A DNA stretch of 37,860 nucleotides, taken from the IMG/VR virus record IMGVR_UViG_2541047762_000007. One strand, 5' to 3'. The translations under genes and the position numbers were made by a program. Under the pieces are notes generated by a model. It was not told the DNA's origin, did no database searches, and saw only the letters and a program-made list of their open reading frames with translations. Position 1 is the stretch's first letter, and every line of letters starts with the position of its first letter. This stretch comes from a virus. Lineage: Duplodnaviria; Heunggongvirae; Uroviricota; Caudoviricetes. Shown one piece after another: positions 18,298-27,062 of this stretch.

Positions 18298-18945
18298 CGA
18301 TGATTCCTCGTTACTTGCGGAAGACGGCCCCGGGCCTGTCTCACTGAATTGTGCACCTGCTGCATCCTGCGACAGTGTGTCGCGGTACGCCTCTTCGCGC
18401 AGACTGTTGAGCTGCCATTCCGGCAGGACTTTTTCTGCCTCGTCCAGACTGAAGCGGGCGATCAGAAAATCGCGCAGCTTTCCCCACAGGGAGGCATTCG
18501 TGATGGCCTGCCAGTCGGCGAACTCCACCACACCTTCTTCCTGCTCACTGAAGGACACCTGTTTCAGCCCCTTGACGGAAGGTGGCTGTGCCCCGAGAAA
18601 GCCCACATGGCGAAGGTAGAGCACGCCGGGCTTCGGATTGGACGGTGAATCCGGGAGGTAGAAAGAGGCGGACACTTTTTTGAATCGTCCGTCGGTGACC
18701 ATCTCAGCAAACTGCGGATCCAGCTGGGCAGGCTCTGCCATCAGATCGACACCGCTGAGCGACAGGGTTTTTACCCAGCCCCACGCCGGGTCTTCCGTTC
18801 TGGGATGACCAATCACGAGTGGTGCTTCATGGACGGACGGGTCATAGGCTTTCACGCAGGCGGCAAGATCGTCTGGCGTGAACGGCAGTTTTTTGCCGTG
18901 CATATCGGTATGAGTACCGGCTTTAAAAATGTGAATGGCTGACAT
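17830..18945 (-). CDS. Head maturation protease / scaffold (Mu I-like)
   Basis: 371 aa. N-terminal protease-like domain and charged coiled-coil C-terminus with an internal in-frame start. Confidence 0.8.
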   Translation of the reverse strand: MSAIHIFKAGTHTDMHGKKLPFTPDDLAACVKAYDPSVHEAPLVIGHPRTEDPAWGWVKTLSLSGVDLMAEPAQLDPQFAEMVTDGRFKKVSASFYLPDSPSNPKPGVLYLRHVGFLGAQPPSVKGLKQVSFSEQEEGVVEFADWQAITNASLWGKLRDFLIARFSLDEAEKVLPEWQLNSLREEAYRDTLSQDAAGAQFSETGPGPSSASNEESSMTKEEIEALQEENRRLKQQAADRDARDAQVRQEQLHKDNVAFAEKLVAEGRLAPRASSVVVALLDAVAGGDKPVEFAEGESRTPLATAFRSLLSDGEPVMNFAEQATKERVGDTVKVDVAEFAEADPERLALHQKAVALSKKESISYEAAVARCL

Positions 18946-19160
18946 TTTGCTGTCCCGCGTTATGTTGTCGGAGACAGTTTGTGAGAAATGCAGGCCCGGC
19001 GATTTTAATCTGCTTTAGAAAACATCAGGGGAGAAGGACAGGGAAAGCAATGCGGTGAACCGGAGGCGGTTATAAAACAGAGGCTGTAAAGCCTTTATAA
19101 AGGTAATACAGCCCCTCATTCGCTGGCAATGATTAAATCACCCGCCTGAAGGGAGAAACC
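18946..19160 (-). promoter_or_regulatory. Intergenic region upstream of protease gene; candidate activator-dependent late promoter
   Basis: 215-bp non-coding gap inside an otherwise tightly packed operon, with a -10-like TAAAAT but no good -35. Mu has a C-dependent promoter at the equivalent position. Confidence 0.4.
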
Positions 19161-19619
19161 TCAGCGACGAGCCGCAGATTCAAGATGGCGGATAATGGTA
19201 TCGAGGATGGGGACTACCACTTCAGGCTGTAGCTCTCCATCCCCCGTCACCGGCAGGAACGGGCGGGCCGGAAGTTCAACAGACTCATTACGCCCCGTTT
19301 TACCCCCGAACTGGTGAATGGCACCGTAAACAACGTTGGTCCCCACAACAGCCTGCCGGTCATCATGGTCGGTTGATACTGACCCCATCAGACGCCCGGT
19401 ATCCTGCAGTGTCTGCCCGTCACGCTCTTCCGCTGCCAGCGAGGGGATCCACCCCGGACGCCCCTCATCAAGAAAGTTAAACTGCGTTTCCGCCAGCAGG
19501 GTTCCGGCGATTTTGCGCATCGCGGGCTCCATGTCTGTGGCAGCCAGATCCAGCGCACGGAGGCTCCGGTGCAGGGACTTATCGTTAATGGTGATACTGA
19601 CCAGGTTATCGGAAACCAT
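19161..19619 (-). CDS. Virion morphogenesis protein (Mu G-like)
   Basis: 152 aa, downstream of the F-like gene. Confidence 0.75.
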   Translation of the reverse strand: MVSDNLVSITINDKSLHRSLRALDLAATDMEPAMRKIAGTLLAETQFNFLDEGRPGWIPSLAAEERDGQTLQDTGRLMGSVSTDHDDRQAVVGTNVVYGAIHQFGGKTGRNESVELPARPFLPVTGDGELQPEVVVPILDTIIRHLESAARR

Positions 19620-19621
19620 TG

Positions 19622-20443
19622 TTATCCTCTCAGTTCCTGTTGTGCCAGTGGCTGAAGCGTCCCCTGATAACGGGCAAGGTCAGGACGGTATGCAGCCCCC
19701 GGCGCATAAGACCAGCCGACGTCGGTGGTCACCTTCGTGGTACCGGTATTAAAGGTGGCCACGTTCCGCATTTCGCCGGTTTTCTCTGAGACCAGTTTCA
19801 GTTCCTGGCCCATGGCAGAGCCGGAGCTGATAACCTTCAGGCCACGGGCACGTACATCCGCCGCACTCAGGGCAATCACACTACAGCGGCAGCGCCAGCC
19901 GTTCGGCGGGTAAAATGCCTGCCAGAACGGGTCATCCCAGCGCAGCACCAGACCATGCAGCGCCAGATGGCTCCTGCGGGTATGGCTGTCGTTGATGCCG
20001 GTATACATCCAGTACGGCCTGTCGTCGACGTTTTCCATCTGTTCCGCCCAACGACCGGCGCTGTAGAGTACGGACATATTGGTGCGAAAGATGGTATCGA
20101 GCCGCCACGGACTGCCCTGCTGAATGGTGACCGGCTCACCCGTTACCGGGTCAGTCGTGTCACGTGGTCCCCACCATCCCTTACGCTTCAGCACCGGCTC
20201 CAGCTCCTGCCGGAACCAGCGATCGGTTTTTCCTTCATCGACAGCCTGCTGCAGTGCCCCGCGAATATCTTCCAGGATATCCAGGCGGGTCACTTTAGCA
20301 ACGGTAAAGGCGCGGGCATGGGCCTCCTGCCACATTTCTTCCCAGTCCCAGGTAATCTGATACCCTTTGGACTTCAGGTAGTTGATTGCCCGCTTCGGGG
20401 GAAGCGTCATGCAGTACGCCAGTTCAGCCGTTGTCACGCTCAT
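19622..20443 (-). CDS. Minor head protein (Mu F-like)
   Basis: 273 aa, follows portal gene, Mu F-like features. Confidence 0.8.
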   Translation of the reverse strand: MSVTTAELAYCMTLPPKRAINYLKSKGYQITWDWEEMWQEAHARAFTVAKVTRLDILEDIRGALQQAVDEGKTDRWFRQELEPVLKRKGWWGPRDTTDPVTGEPVTIQQGSPWRLDTIFRTNMSVLYSAGRWAEQMENVDDRPYWMYTGINDSHTRRSHLALHGLVLRWDDPFWQAFYPPNGWRCRCSVIALSAADVRARGLKVISSGSAMGQELKLVSEKTGEMRNVATFNTGTTKVTTDVGWSYAPGAAYRPDLARYQGTLQPLAQQELRG

Positions 20444-21920
20444 GCAGACGCCCCCAGATATTTGTCACAAAGAGAATGCGGGCCAGCCGCTCCTGCAGAT
20501 CGTCCGTGTTCATCTGAGGGTAGAGCTCCGCCAGTTCGCCCAGCAGCTCAGACGGGTTAACCCCATTTTCGACCCGCCTGAACAGAGGTGCCAGGACGGG
20601 TTCCAGCGAGCCATTTAACGCGCCTCCGTTCATCAGAATGTCCAGCGCGTCGTCAAGCTGCTGCTGAGCCTGAATATCAGCATCAATCGCCTCGGCAAAT
20701 GACAGCGGCAGCATGTTATTCTGGCGTTCCGACGGTGGTGTCTCGTCAATATCGCCGTCCTGCAGCTGGTACTCACGCTTGAAGTACTGCGGGGTCAGAC
20801 GCAGACCCGCCCGGGTGAGTTTTTCGTCGCGGGTGGCACGGGTGTCATCAATGGCCTCCTGTTCCCACATGGCCCAGACCGGACACGGCACATCGCCGAA
20901 GTTCAGGGTGACCACCGTTCTGATGACCTGATTCACTGCCGCCTGAATGATGTCCGCATCCGCATCGCGGATATCAGCCGTTACCTCCAGCCCGGCCTGT
21001 GCAGAGGCCTTGTTACTGTTCGCTTCCGTGGTCTGATTCTGACCGAGTAATGCAATGGAGATCTCACTGCGTGACAGTGTGATCAGCTCGCGAAATACCT
21101 CGCTGCTGTCTGCCTTGCCATCCGCTGCCCTGAGCTCAATACTGCTGTCATCGGGGATGGCGGCCACCGCGTCCTCCACCATCTGCTCCATGGAGTCCAG
21201 CAGTTTTTCAATCTCTGCATCATTTGCGCCCCTCGGGTGCTTACCGATCACCCACGGGGAGCCAAACTTTTCGGCAAAGCGGAGCCAGAATTTCATCCCG
21301 CCTTTCTTGAAGGCGACCGGCCAGAAGCACATGGACAGGTCCGGGAAACCGTAAGGATTGTCATACGAGGCATCCTGTGCCGGCACCACGAATTTTGACG
21401 GTGACAGCAGCTCACCCTCCACACCCGCATCACGCGCCCGGAAGCGCAGGCAGTTGTCCGTATCAAACTGAAACCACTCAGGCGGTTTGCCGACAATATC
21501 CGTCACCGCCCACGACCTGACCGAACGGCCCCACATGATTTCGCAGGGCTGATACCCGTAGAGCACGGCATCGCTCATTTCACCGATGATGCGGGACAGA
21601 TCCAGATCGTCGAGCATGTCGCGGATGAAACGGAAGACCCGGGCAGAGGCGTGACCACGCTCCAGTCCACGCTCCAGCGATTTAAGCGCTGCTTTACGTC
21701 TGCGGATACAGCCCCCGACCAGCGGGTCGGTGCGCAGTTCGCGGTAGATACGGATATCCCGTCCCTGAGCCTTGAGAATGGGATCAGGATTGGGCAGATA
21801 CATGCCCAGTCCGTAAAAGTCGATCGCGCGGCTGCGGGAAGCAATCTGCGCGGTCAGTGATTTCTGAGGCTCAGAAAAAGCAACAAATTCATCGGGTGAA
21901 ACCCAGATACCCCTCGCCAT
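20424..21920 (-). CDS. Portal protein (Mu gp29-like)
   Basis: 498 aa, immediately downstream of the large terminase. Confidence 0.85.
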   Translation of the reverse strand: MARGIWVSPDEFVAFSEPQKSLTAQIASRSRAIDFYGLGMYLPNPDPILKAQGRDIRIYRELRTDPLVGGCIRRRKAALKSLERGLERGHASARVFRFIRDMLDDLDLSRIIGEMSDAVLYGYQPCEIMWGRSVRSWAVTDIVGKPPEWFQFDTDNCLRFRARDAGVEGELLSPSKFVVPAQDASYDNPYGFPDLSMCFWPVAFKKGGMKFWLRFAEKFGSPWVIGKHPRGANDAEIEKLLDSMEQMVEDAVAAIPDDSSIELRAADGKADSSEVFRELITLSRSEISIALLGQNQTTEANSNKASAQAGLEVTADIRDADADIIQAAVNQVIRTVVTLNFGDVPCPVWAMWEQEAIDDTRATRDEKLTRAGLRLTPQYFKREYQLQDGDIDETPPSERQNNMLPLSFAEAIDADIQAQQQLDDALDILMNGGALNGSLEPVLAPLFRRVENGVNPSELLGELAELYPQMNTDDLQERLARILFVTNIWGRLHERDNG

Positions 21921-23515
21921 CAGAATCCCTCCAGCATACGGGCCGCCTGACGACGACGGCGTGAGCTTGCCTTCACCGGCCCTTTGTTAATTTCACGGCT
22001 GGCGAAATACGCCAGCGCCAGTGCGATGGCTGAATCCCCGTGGCGTTTACCACCGTCAGCCTTTGCTTTTGAGCGTTGCTCCGGTACGCGGGGGACACCG
22101 TTCACCACCTGAACGGCCCGCAGGTCATCCAGTGTGTCTTCATCCTTTGGTAAGTCCACCAGGTTACCGTCTTCCAGTGCAGCTTTGACCGGAGGCATAT
22201 GCTCCCGGTACCAGCCTTCGGTTGGCATCACCTGCTGAACCCGGCCGGAGCCGTAGCGCTGCATGGCGTATTCAGCCAGATAGGCACCATTACCACGGGC
22301 ATCAAACGCTGCACCCAGCAGACCGGGCAGGCCATCCATCAGATACCAGGTGATTTGCTCCTGCTGTCTGAACGGCACGTTACGCAGCTCCAGTACGAAT
22401 GGCACGCGTCGTACCAGGTTCTTCTCCTGCAGCAGGGGATAGTCCACCGACAAATCACCGCTACGGCCAAAGTCGCGCCCCAGGAAAGAGCGGGCATCAG
22501 TGGGGAGTGCCTCCAGCAATGGTTTCAGATACTCATCAAGCCAGTCCTGCGTCTCGCGGAAGCGAACCTCATCAGACAGCAGTTCATAACCTTCCTTGCA
22601 GGTCAGACGCAATACCGGCGTATCAGCGGACATGCGGGACTCTATCAGGGCACGGGACAGCCAGGCACCGCCACCGTTGGCCGGAATACAGTCAAGCTCT
22701 TCGGATGCGCCGGCACCGTAGAATTTGTACACCGATGCCATCCAGGCCTGCTCGGAGGCCTCCGACCATTCCTTCCCGGTGCGCAGACAGACGCGCCGGA
22801 ACAGCCCCTCAGATACGGCTTCCCGGAAAGTGATGCGATGTATGCTGCCTCCCTGACGTCCGGCACGGATATCCCCGATAAGCGTATTGAACGGATTGTC
22901 GTCACCGTCATGGGTGGAGATAACGCGTACCTTTCCTCCCCAGATAAGCATCGCCAGCGCCGCTTTCAGCAGTTCGTCCAGTTGCTCATGGAACGCCGCT
23001 TCGTCGATAACAATAATACCCTGACGGCCACGCAGGTTAGACGGGCGGCTGGAGAGCGCAACAATACGAAAGCCGGAGTCAGGAAATTTGATGGTGTAAG
23101 TCCTGATGTGTTTGTCGTCGTCGTCCTCTTCCCAGAATCCTTCTTCAATTTCACTGGCCGCATAGTTGAATGCCCGTGCCCACATCGCACACGCCTGAAT
23201 GTATTCGACGGTCATGTCCTGGTTATAAGCGATGTAATACACATTCATCCCGCCTGCTGGCGCAGAAGAGGCGGCGGTCAGTACGTTATCGGATGCCTCA
23301 GCCCATGTAATACCGGTACGACGGCTCTTTTCTATCACCTTAAGCGGAGAGGTGTCTGCCACCCAGCGCTGCTGGTAAGGCAACAGAACGGGAGGGGCAT
23401 CCAGCGCCGAGGTATCAGGCAAAACGGGAGCAAGGTTATTCCTCCCGTCCATGGGACTCATCCCTTTGGGGCCGCCGCCAGCGGCGTTTAAAATCACTCC
23501 GGATGATTTTGTCAT
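21920..23515 (-). CDS. Terminase large subunit
   Basis: 531 aa, acidic patch and nuclease-like C-terminal region; ATGA overlap with the upstream small-subunit gene. Confidence 0.85.
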   Translation of the reverse strand: MTKSSGVILNAAGGGPKGMSPMDGRNNLAPVLPDTSALDAPPVLLPYQQRWVADTSPLKVIEKSRRTGITWAEASDNVLTAASSAPAGGMNVYYIAYNQDMTVEYIQACAMWARAFNYAASEIEEGFWEEDDDDKHIRTYTIKFPDSGFRIVALSSRPSNLRGRQGIIVIDEAAFHEQLDELLKAALAMLIWGGKVRVISTHDGDDNPFNTLIGDIRAGRQGGSIHRITFREAVSEGLFRRVCLRTGKEWSEASEQAWMASVYKFYGAGASEELDCIPANGGGAWLSRALIESRMSADTPVLRLTCKEGYELLSDEVRFRETQDWLDEYLKPLLEALPTDARSFLGRDFGRSGDLSVDYPLLQEKNLVRRVPFVLELRNVPFRQQEQITWYLMDGLPGLLGAAFDARGNGAYLAEYAMQRYGSGRVQQVMPTEGWYREHMPPVKAALEDGNLVDLPKDEDTLDDLRAVQVVNGVPRVPEQRSKAKADGGKRHGDSAIALALAYFASREINKGPVKASSRRRRQAARMLEGF

Positions 23516-24057
23516 GTGGCAATCCCCAGAATCTCGCGACGAAGCGCCTGTACTGCGTCGCTTGACAGTCCCCCCTTACGGGCAATTTTCTCGGCGTTGC
23601 TGGCTGCCTGCTGCGCTCTGGCCCGTACTTCAGACTGGAACTTTTTGAGGTTGACGGACGCGCGGGACAGCGTAGCCACATTCTTCGCCACCTTCGACAG
23701 CAGGGCCACGCGTTCTTTAGGATCGACTTCGCCTTCTTCCGCCTCCTGCAACTGGACAATACTCTCGAACAGCTCGGTCTGAATAAGGGCTATCACAGCC
23801 TCCGAACGCGCATCCTGATCGTCTGCTGCGCCTTCGGTCAGCATGCGGGCCGCTTCTGTTGCCGCACGGATAGCACCATAGCGGCGCTCAATCTTCTGTC
23901 CATAGCGATGGATAGCGGATTTGCTGATGACGTACCCCCGCTCACGCAGCAGGGACTCCAGCTCGTTATACCCGCTGAAGCCGGATTCAGTCAGCGCCCG
24001 TTCAAGCCAGCGGCGCACGTCTTCCGGCAGCTTTTCTATTGTGCTGCGTCTGGCCAT
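23512..24057 (-). CDS. Terminase small subunit-like protein (Mu gp27-like)
   Basis: 181 aa, helical, directly upstream of the large terminase. Confidence 0.7.
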   Translation of the reverse strand: MARRSTIEKLPEDVRRWLERALTESGFSGYNELESLLRERGYVISKSAIHRYGQKIERRYGAIRAATEAARMLTEGAADDQDARSEAVIALIQTELFESIVQLQEAEEGEVDPKERVALLSKVAKNVATLSRASVNLKKFQSEVRARAQQAASNAEKIARKGGLSSDAVQALRREILGIAT

Positions 24058-24368
24058 TATTCACTCCAGTACTTTTCCGGGCGGGCAATACCCGGACCAC
24101 ATTCCACGGTGTATTCCACCAGGTCTACGCCGAGGCGGGTCAGGTCAGCAAACCAGTCGCCAGAAGGTTTTTTCTCCAGATCAACCATTTTACGGTCAGC
24201 CAGATAATCCAGTTCGCGGCGCAGTTCCAGCGGTGTGGTGTCCGGGTAGATGGCACGGGACACATCCAGCAGCAGCGTCTCGCTGGCGGTGTAAGGGCGG
24301 GTCTTGTTCAGGGCAACCAGCAGACTCCAGCGCAGGGATTCGCGGCGTACCCGGGTAATATCGACCAT
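24057..24368 (-). CDS. Hypothetical protein (Mu gp26-like position)
   Basis: 103-aa ORF coupled in the operon. Confidence 0.45.
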   Translation of the reverse strand: MVDITRVRRESLRWSLLVALNKTRPYTASETLLLDVSRAIYPDTTPLELRRELDYLADRKMVDLEKKPSGDWFADLTRLGVDLVEYTVECGPGIARPEKYWSE

Positions 24369-24694
24369 TATTGACCTCCGGTATTGCGGTACTGCTGTAC
24401 CACTTCCAGTTTGTTATAAAGCGCGTCCAGTTTGGCCTCAATGACTGTCTGGCCACGGATATAATCCTCTCGACGGACATAATTCAGCGGTAAATCCGCT
24501 TTAAATCGCATAAATTCTTTTTCCAGCTCGCCCCAGTTGGAGGCGGATTGTTGCAGGGCCTGTTCAAGGGAGGCGAATCGTGCCGCCTGGCGTTCTTCTG
24601 TTTTACTGAACAACCATTTGGCGAGCCCTCCCACAAACCCCATGAAGGTGAGCAGAAAACTCACCACCGTCCAGAATTCAACCTGCAGTGTCAT
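24368..24694 (-). CDS. Membrane-anchored protein (Mu gp25-like; possible lysis accessory)
   Basis: 108 aa, N-terminal transmembrane helix then coiled coil; directly downstream of the spanin gene. Confidence 0.5.
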   Translation of the reverse strand: MTLQVEFWTVVSFLLTFMGFVGGLAKWLFSKTEERQAARFASLEQALQQSASNWGELEKEFMRFKADLPLNYVRREDYIRGQTVIEAKLDALYNKLEVVQQYRNTGGQ

Positions 24695-25341
24695 TTCTGT
24701 AATCCTTCCCGTTCATCCAGTAACGCGTTTATCTGGTTCCGCCAGCGACGACATTGTCCTGCGTTGTCGATGATGTTGGCGAGAACGTCACGCTGGGAGA
24801 CACCCGAATCGCGTAACCGGGTGTCAGTGGTTTCAGGTTGCCCGGTCGCTGTGCCAGAGCGGGTGCCAGCGGCGGCAACTGAGTCTGAATGACCGGTGTC
24901 GACGGATGCGTTGTCATATCCGAGTGCGGCGTTGTACTGGCGCACGAAACCGCGAGTAAACACGCACTCAATGGGATGGCTCTTACCTTTTTCATCAATC
25001 CAGCGCTGTGTGACATCGTTAATTTGCCCCTGTAGTTGTTTATTCCGGCTCTCCAGTTGAGCAATCTGCTCAAGATAACCGGCTTCAGCCCGCTGCCCGG
25101 CGGCCACCTGCTCCTGATACCGTCTGGCCCAGGCCCGCAGCGCAGCATTCTCAAGCGTTGCCTGCTCCGTTTTGTACGCGTCAAATGCTGACTGCAACTG
25201 ACTGAGCGCGGTATCACCGTCACGCTTTGCAGAGTCATGACCACTTCTGTATCCCATGGCATACAGGCCGACCAGAAAGGCATTGATAAGAATGGCCAGC
25301 AGAATGCCGCGCCACGGCAGCTTTTTAACCAGATGCCACAC
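24691..25341 (-). CDS. i-spanin (Rz-like)
   Basis: N-terminal transmembrane segment (ILLAILINAFLVGLYAMGY), then coiled-coil periplasmic domain. Start assigned to the GTG at 25341 with GGAGG upstream; the ORF track extends further. Confidence 0.65.
   Translation of the reverse strand: MWHLVKKLPWRGILLAILINAFLVGLYAMGYRSGHDSAKRDGDTALSQLQSAFDAYKTEQATLENAALRAWARRYQEQVAAGQRAEAGYLEQIAQLESRNKQLQGQINDVTQRWIDEKGKSHPIECVFTRGFVRQYNAALGYDNASVDTGHSDSVAAAGTRSGTATGQPETTDTRLRDSGVSQRDVLANIIDNAGQCRRWRNQINALLDEREGLQK
24729..24995 (-). CDS. o-spanin (Rz1-like lipoprotein) embedded in i-spanin gene
   Basis: Alternate-frame ORF wholly inside the i-spanin gene: MKKVRAIPLSACLLAVSCAS has a lipoprotein signal and lipobox Cys, then a proline-rich mature region. 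Confidence 0.65.
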   Translation of the reverse strand: MKKVRAIPLSACLLAVSCASTTPHSDMTTHPSTPVIQTQLPPLAPALAQRPGNLKPLTPGYAIRVSPSVTFSPTSSTTQDNVVAGGTR

Positions 25342-26065
25342 AACTGCTGCCTCCCCATGTGAGATATCGCGGTGCCAGTTCGCGCAGGATGCGCTGCGGA
25401 TAATGGCGGTTCTCCCGCCAGCTGGCCGCATTGCGTCCGGCATTCACCGTGGCGACATGTCCGAACCAGCGGGTGCTGTCCAGACCTTTCTGTGATGCAA
25501 GCCGCCTGTCCCGTTGTACCCAGCCCAGACCACCGTTATAGCCCGACAGTGTCATGGCCATACGCTCGCAGTCACTGGCGGCGCTGACACGCTGCCACAG
25601 CCAGCGGTCATAGCTGACCAGCGCCCGGATAGCCCATGCCGGATTAAACGGCTCACGACTGCTCAGCATCGGTATCAACTGGCTTATCCAGTCGGCAGTG
25701 GCAGGCATGAACTGCGCCAGTCCCTGAGCGCCAGCCGGCGAGATCGCATCAGGTCGCCAGCCGCTTTCCTGATGCAGTTGCGCGGCGAAATCGGCCACCG
25801 GCGCAGACAGTCCCCATTCAAGCCGGGCATTACGGATCACATCATCGCGATACTGCAGCGCAGCCTGCGGAGGTTGTGCTGCGCATGCCTGGCTGAAAAA
25901 GCCGCCACACCAGAGCAACATTGCGACAAAGAATACCCATGCCATATGAACCAGAAAGGTCCCGGCGCGGACTGACAGGCGTTCGGTTCTGATGAAGACC
26001 CGAAAGGCTTCGAAAGCCAGTTTCAGGGACATGCATACAATCCAGGTGATCTGCGGCCAGTTCAT
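25325..26065 (-). CDS. Endolysin, lytic transglycosylase (SLT) type with N-terminal hydrophobic segment
   Basis: SLT catalytic motif (ESGWRPDAISPAGAQGLAQFMPATA) and an N-terminal hydrophobic stretch (MAWVFFVAMLLWCGGFF). Possible alternative start at 25945. Confidence 0.8.
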   Translation of the reverse strand: MNWPQITWIVCMSLKLAFEAFRVFIRTERLSVRAGTFLVHMAWVFFVAMLLWCGGFFSQACAAQPPQAALQYRDDVIRNARLEWGLSAPVADFAAQLHQESGWRPDAISPAGAQGLAQFMPATADWISQLIPMLSSREPFNPAWAIRALVSYDRWLWQRVSAASDCERMAMTLSGYNGGLGWVQRDRRLASQKGLDSTRWFGHVATVNAGRNAASWRENRHYPQRILRELAPRYLTWGGSSCVASG

Positions 26066-26067
26066 GA

Positions 26068-26418
26068 TTAAAGCCCCATCGCAACAGCCAGGCAGACCGC
26101 TGCAACAATCAGTGCACGGCGGATTAACGCAGCAGAAAACACCAGGTGAAGGCCGGTCTGTACCGGGAAACGCCCTTCAGCCATCAGCCTGTCGTCATGT
26201 TTCAGGTACTGACCGGGACGGGCTTTGGGGAAGAGCGAACGGTCAAGCCAGTAACCCAGCACTGCTGCCAGCGTGATGAGTGCCAGCTTGTAGATCACAA
26301 CAGGCAGCTGCTGTGGTGAGACCAGAGCGATGGTGCCCAGCAACAGCACTGAGGTCAGCAGCCAGCCGCTGAGGCGAGGTTTTTTAACAGGGGGAATGAA
26401 TTTTTTCAGGTTTTTCAT
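26068..26418 (-). CDS. Putative holin (three transmembrane segments)
   Basis: 116 aa from the ATG at 26418 (AAGGAGACACAC upstream), three hydrophobic helices, immediately upstream of endolysin. An in-frame upstream start at 26448/26451 is possible. Confidence 0.6.
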   Translation of the reverse strand: MKNLKKFIPPVKKPRLSGWLLTSVLLLGTIALVSPQQLPVVIYKLALITLAAVLGYWLDRSLFPKARPGQYLKHDDRLMAEGRFPVQTGLHLVFSAALIRRALIVAAVCLAVAMGL

Positions 26419-26548
26419 GTGTGTCTCCTTATCTGGTGGAGACAGCATCACAAATACAGGGCGCGAAGGATTTTAAAGCGCGTTAAGAGAGCCGGGGATA
26501 CGGGATGTGCAGGATAAACGATGAATTATTCACAGAGGAGAATACGAT

Positions 26549-27025
26549 ATGACGCAGACACTGAATCCGGTCATCACTGTCACCGTGTCCGGTCCTGTGG
26601 GCAGCGGTAAAAGTTACATATTGGCGCGGATAGAGGAAGTGGTGAAACAGGAATTCGGAAACAGCGTCATTGTCGATGCTGCTGACGTGGAGAATGAGCG
26701 CCGTATGAATGGCGAAGATCTGACGACCTGGCAGAAGCCACGGGGTGGCACAGTGATCAGGCTAGAGGAATACACGGGACAGGGCCTGTTGTCATACGGC
26801 GAGGAGCGTATCTGTCGGACGAATGAGCTGCTGGATGTTATATGCCCCACGGGCCGGCAACCCTGGATACTGCCCGATGCACTGCATGCCACCATTGCGG
26901 CACTGATGACAGTTTACGATCAGGAGCTGCTCATGAAGGAGTTACGTAAACTCACCGGTCAGCCAACAGAATGTTGTTCGTCTCCGAAGTACGGCAAACA
27001 GGAAAACGCCCCGGATAATCCTTAA
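26549..27025 (+). CDS. Small P-loop (Walker A) protein, unknown function
   Basis: 158 aa with GPVGSGKS Walker A and a possible Walker B (VIVDAAD). Strong SD (AGAGGAG); on the opposite strand to the late operon. Confidence 0.6.
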   Translation: MTQTLNPVITVTVSGPVGSGKSYILARIEEVVKQEFGNSVIVDAADVENERRMNGEDLTTWQKPRGGTVIRLEEYTGQGLLSYGEERICRTNELLDVICPTGRQPWILPDALHATIAALMTVYDQELLMKELRKLTGQPTECCSSPKYGKQENAPDNP

Positions 27026-27044
27026 GATACCTCCTGAACAGAAA

Positions 27045-27060
27045 CAGCCCTGAAGGGCTG
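27045..27060. terminator. Hairpin between convergent genes (likely terminator for 27063..27653)
   Basis: CAGCCC-TGAA-GGGCTG stem-loop; on the minus strand it is followed by TTTCTGTT. Confidence 0.5.
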
Positions 27061-27062
27061 CA

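Noticed and set aside
22199-23491. 430-aa plus-strand ORF antisense to the large terminase
   Set aside because: Long open antisense frame typical of GC-rich coding DNA; no SD or coupling, non-protein-like composition, and it overlaps a well-supported gene.
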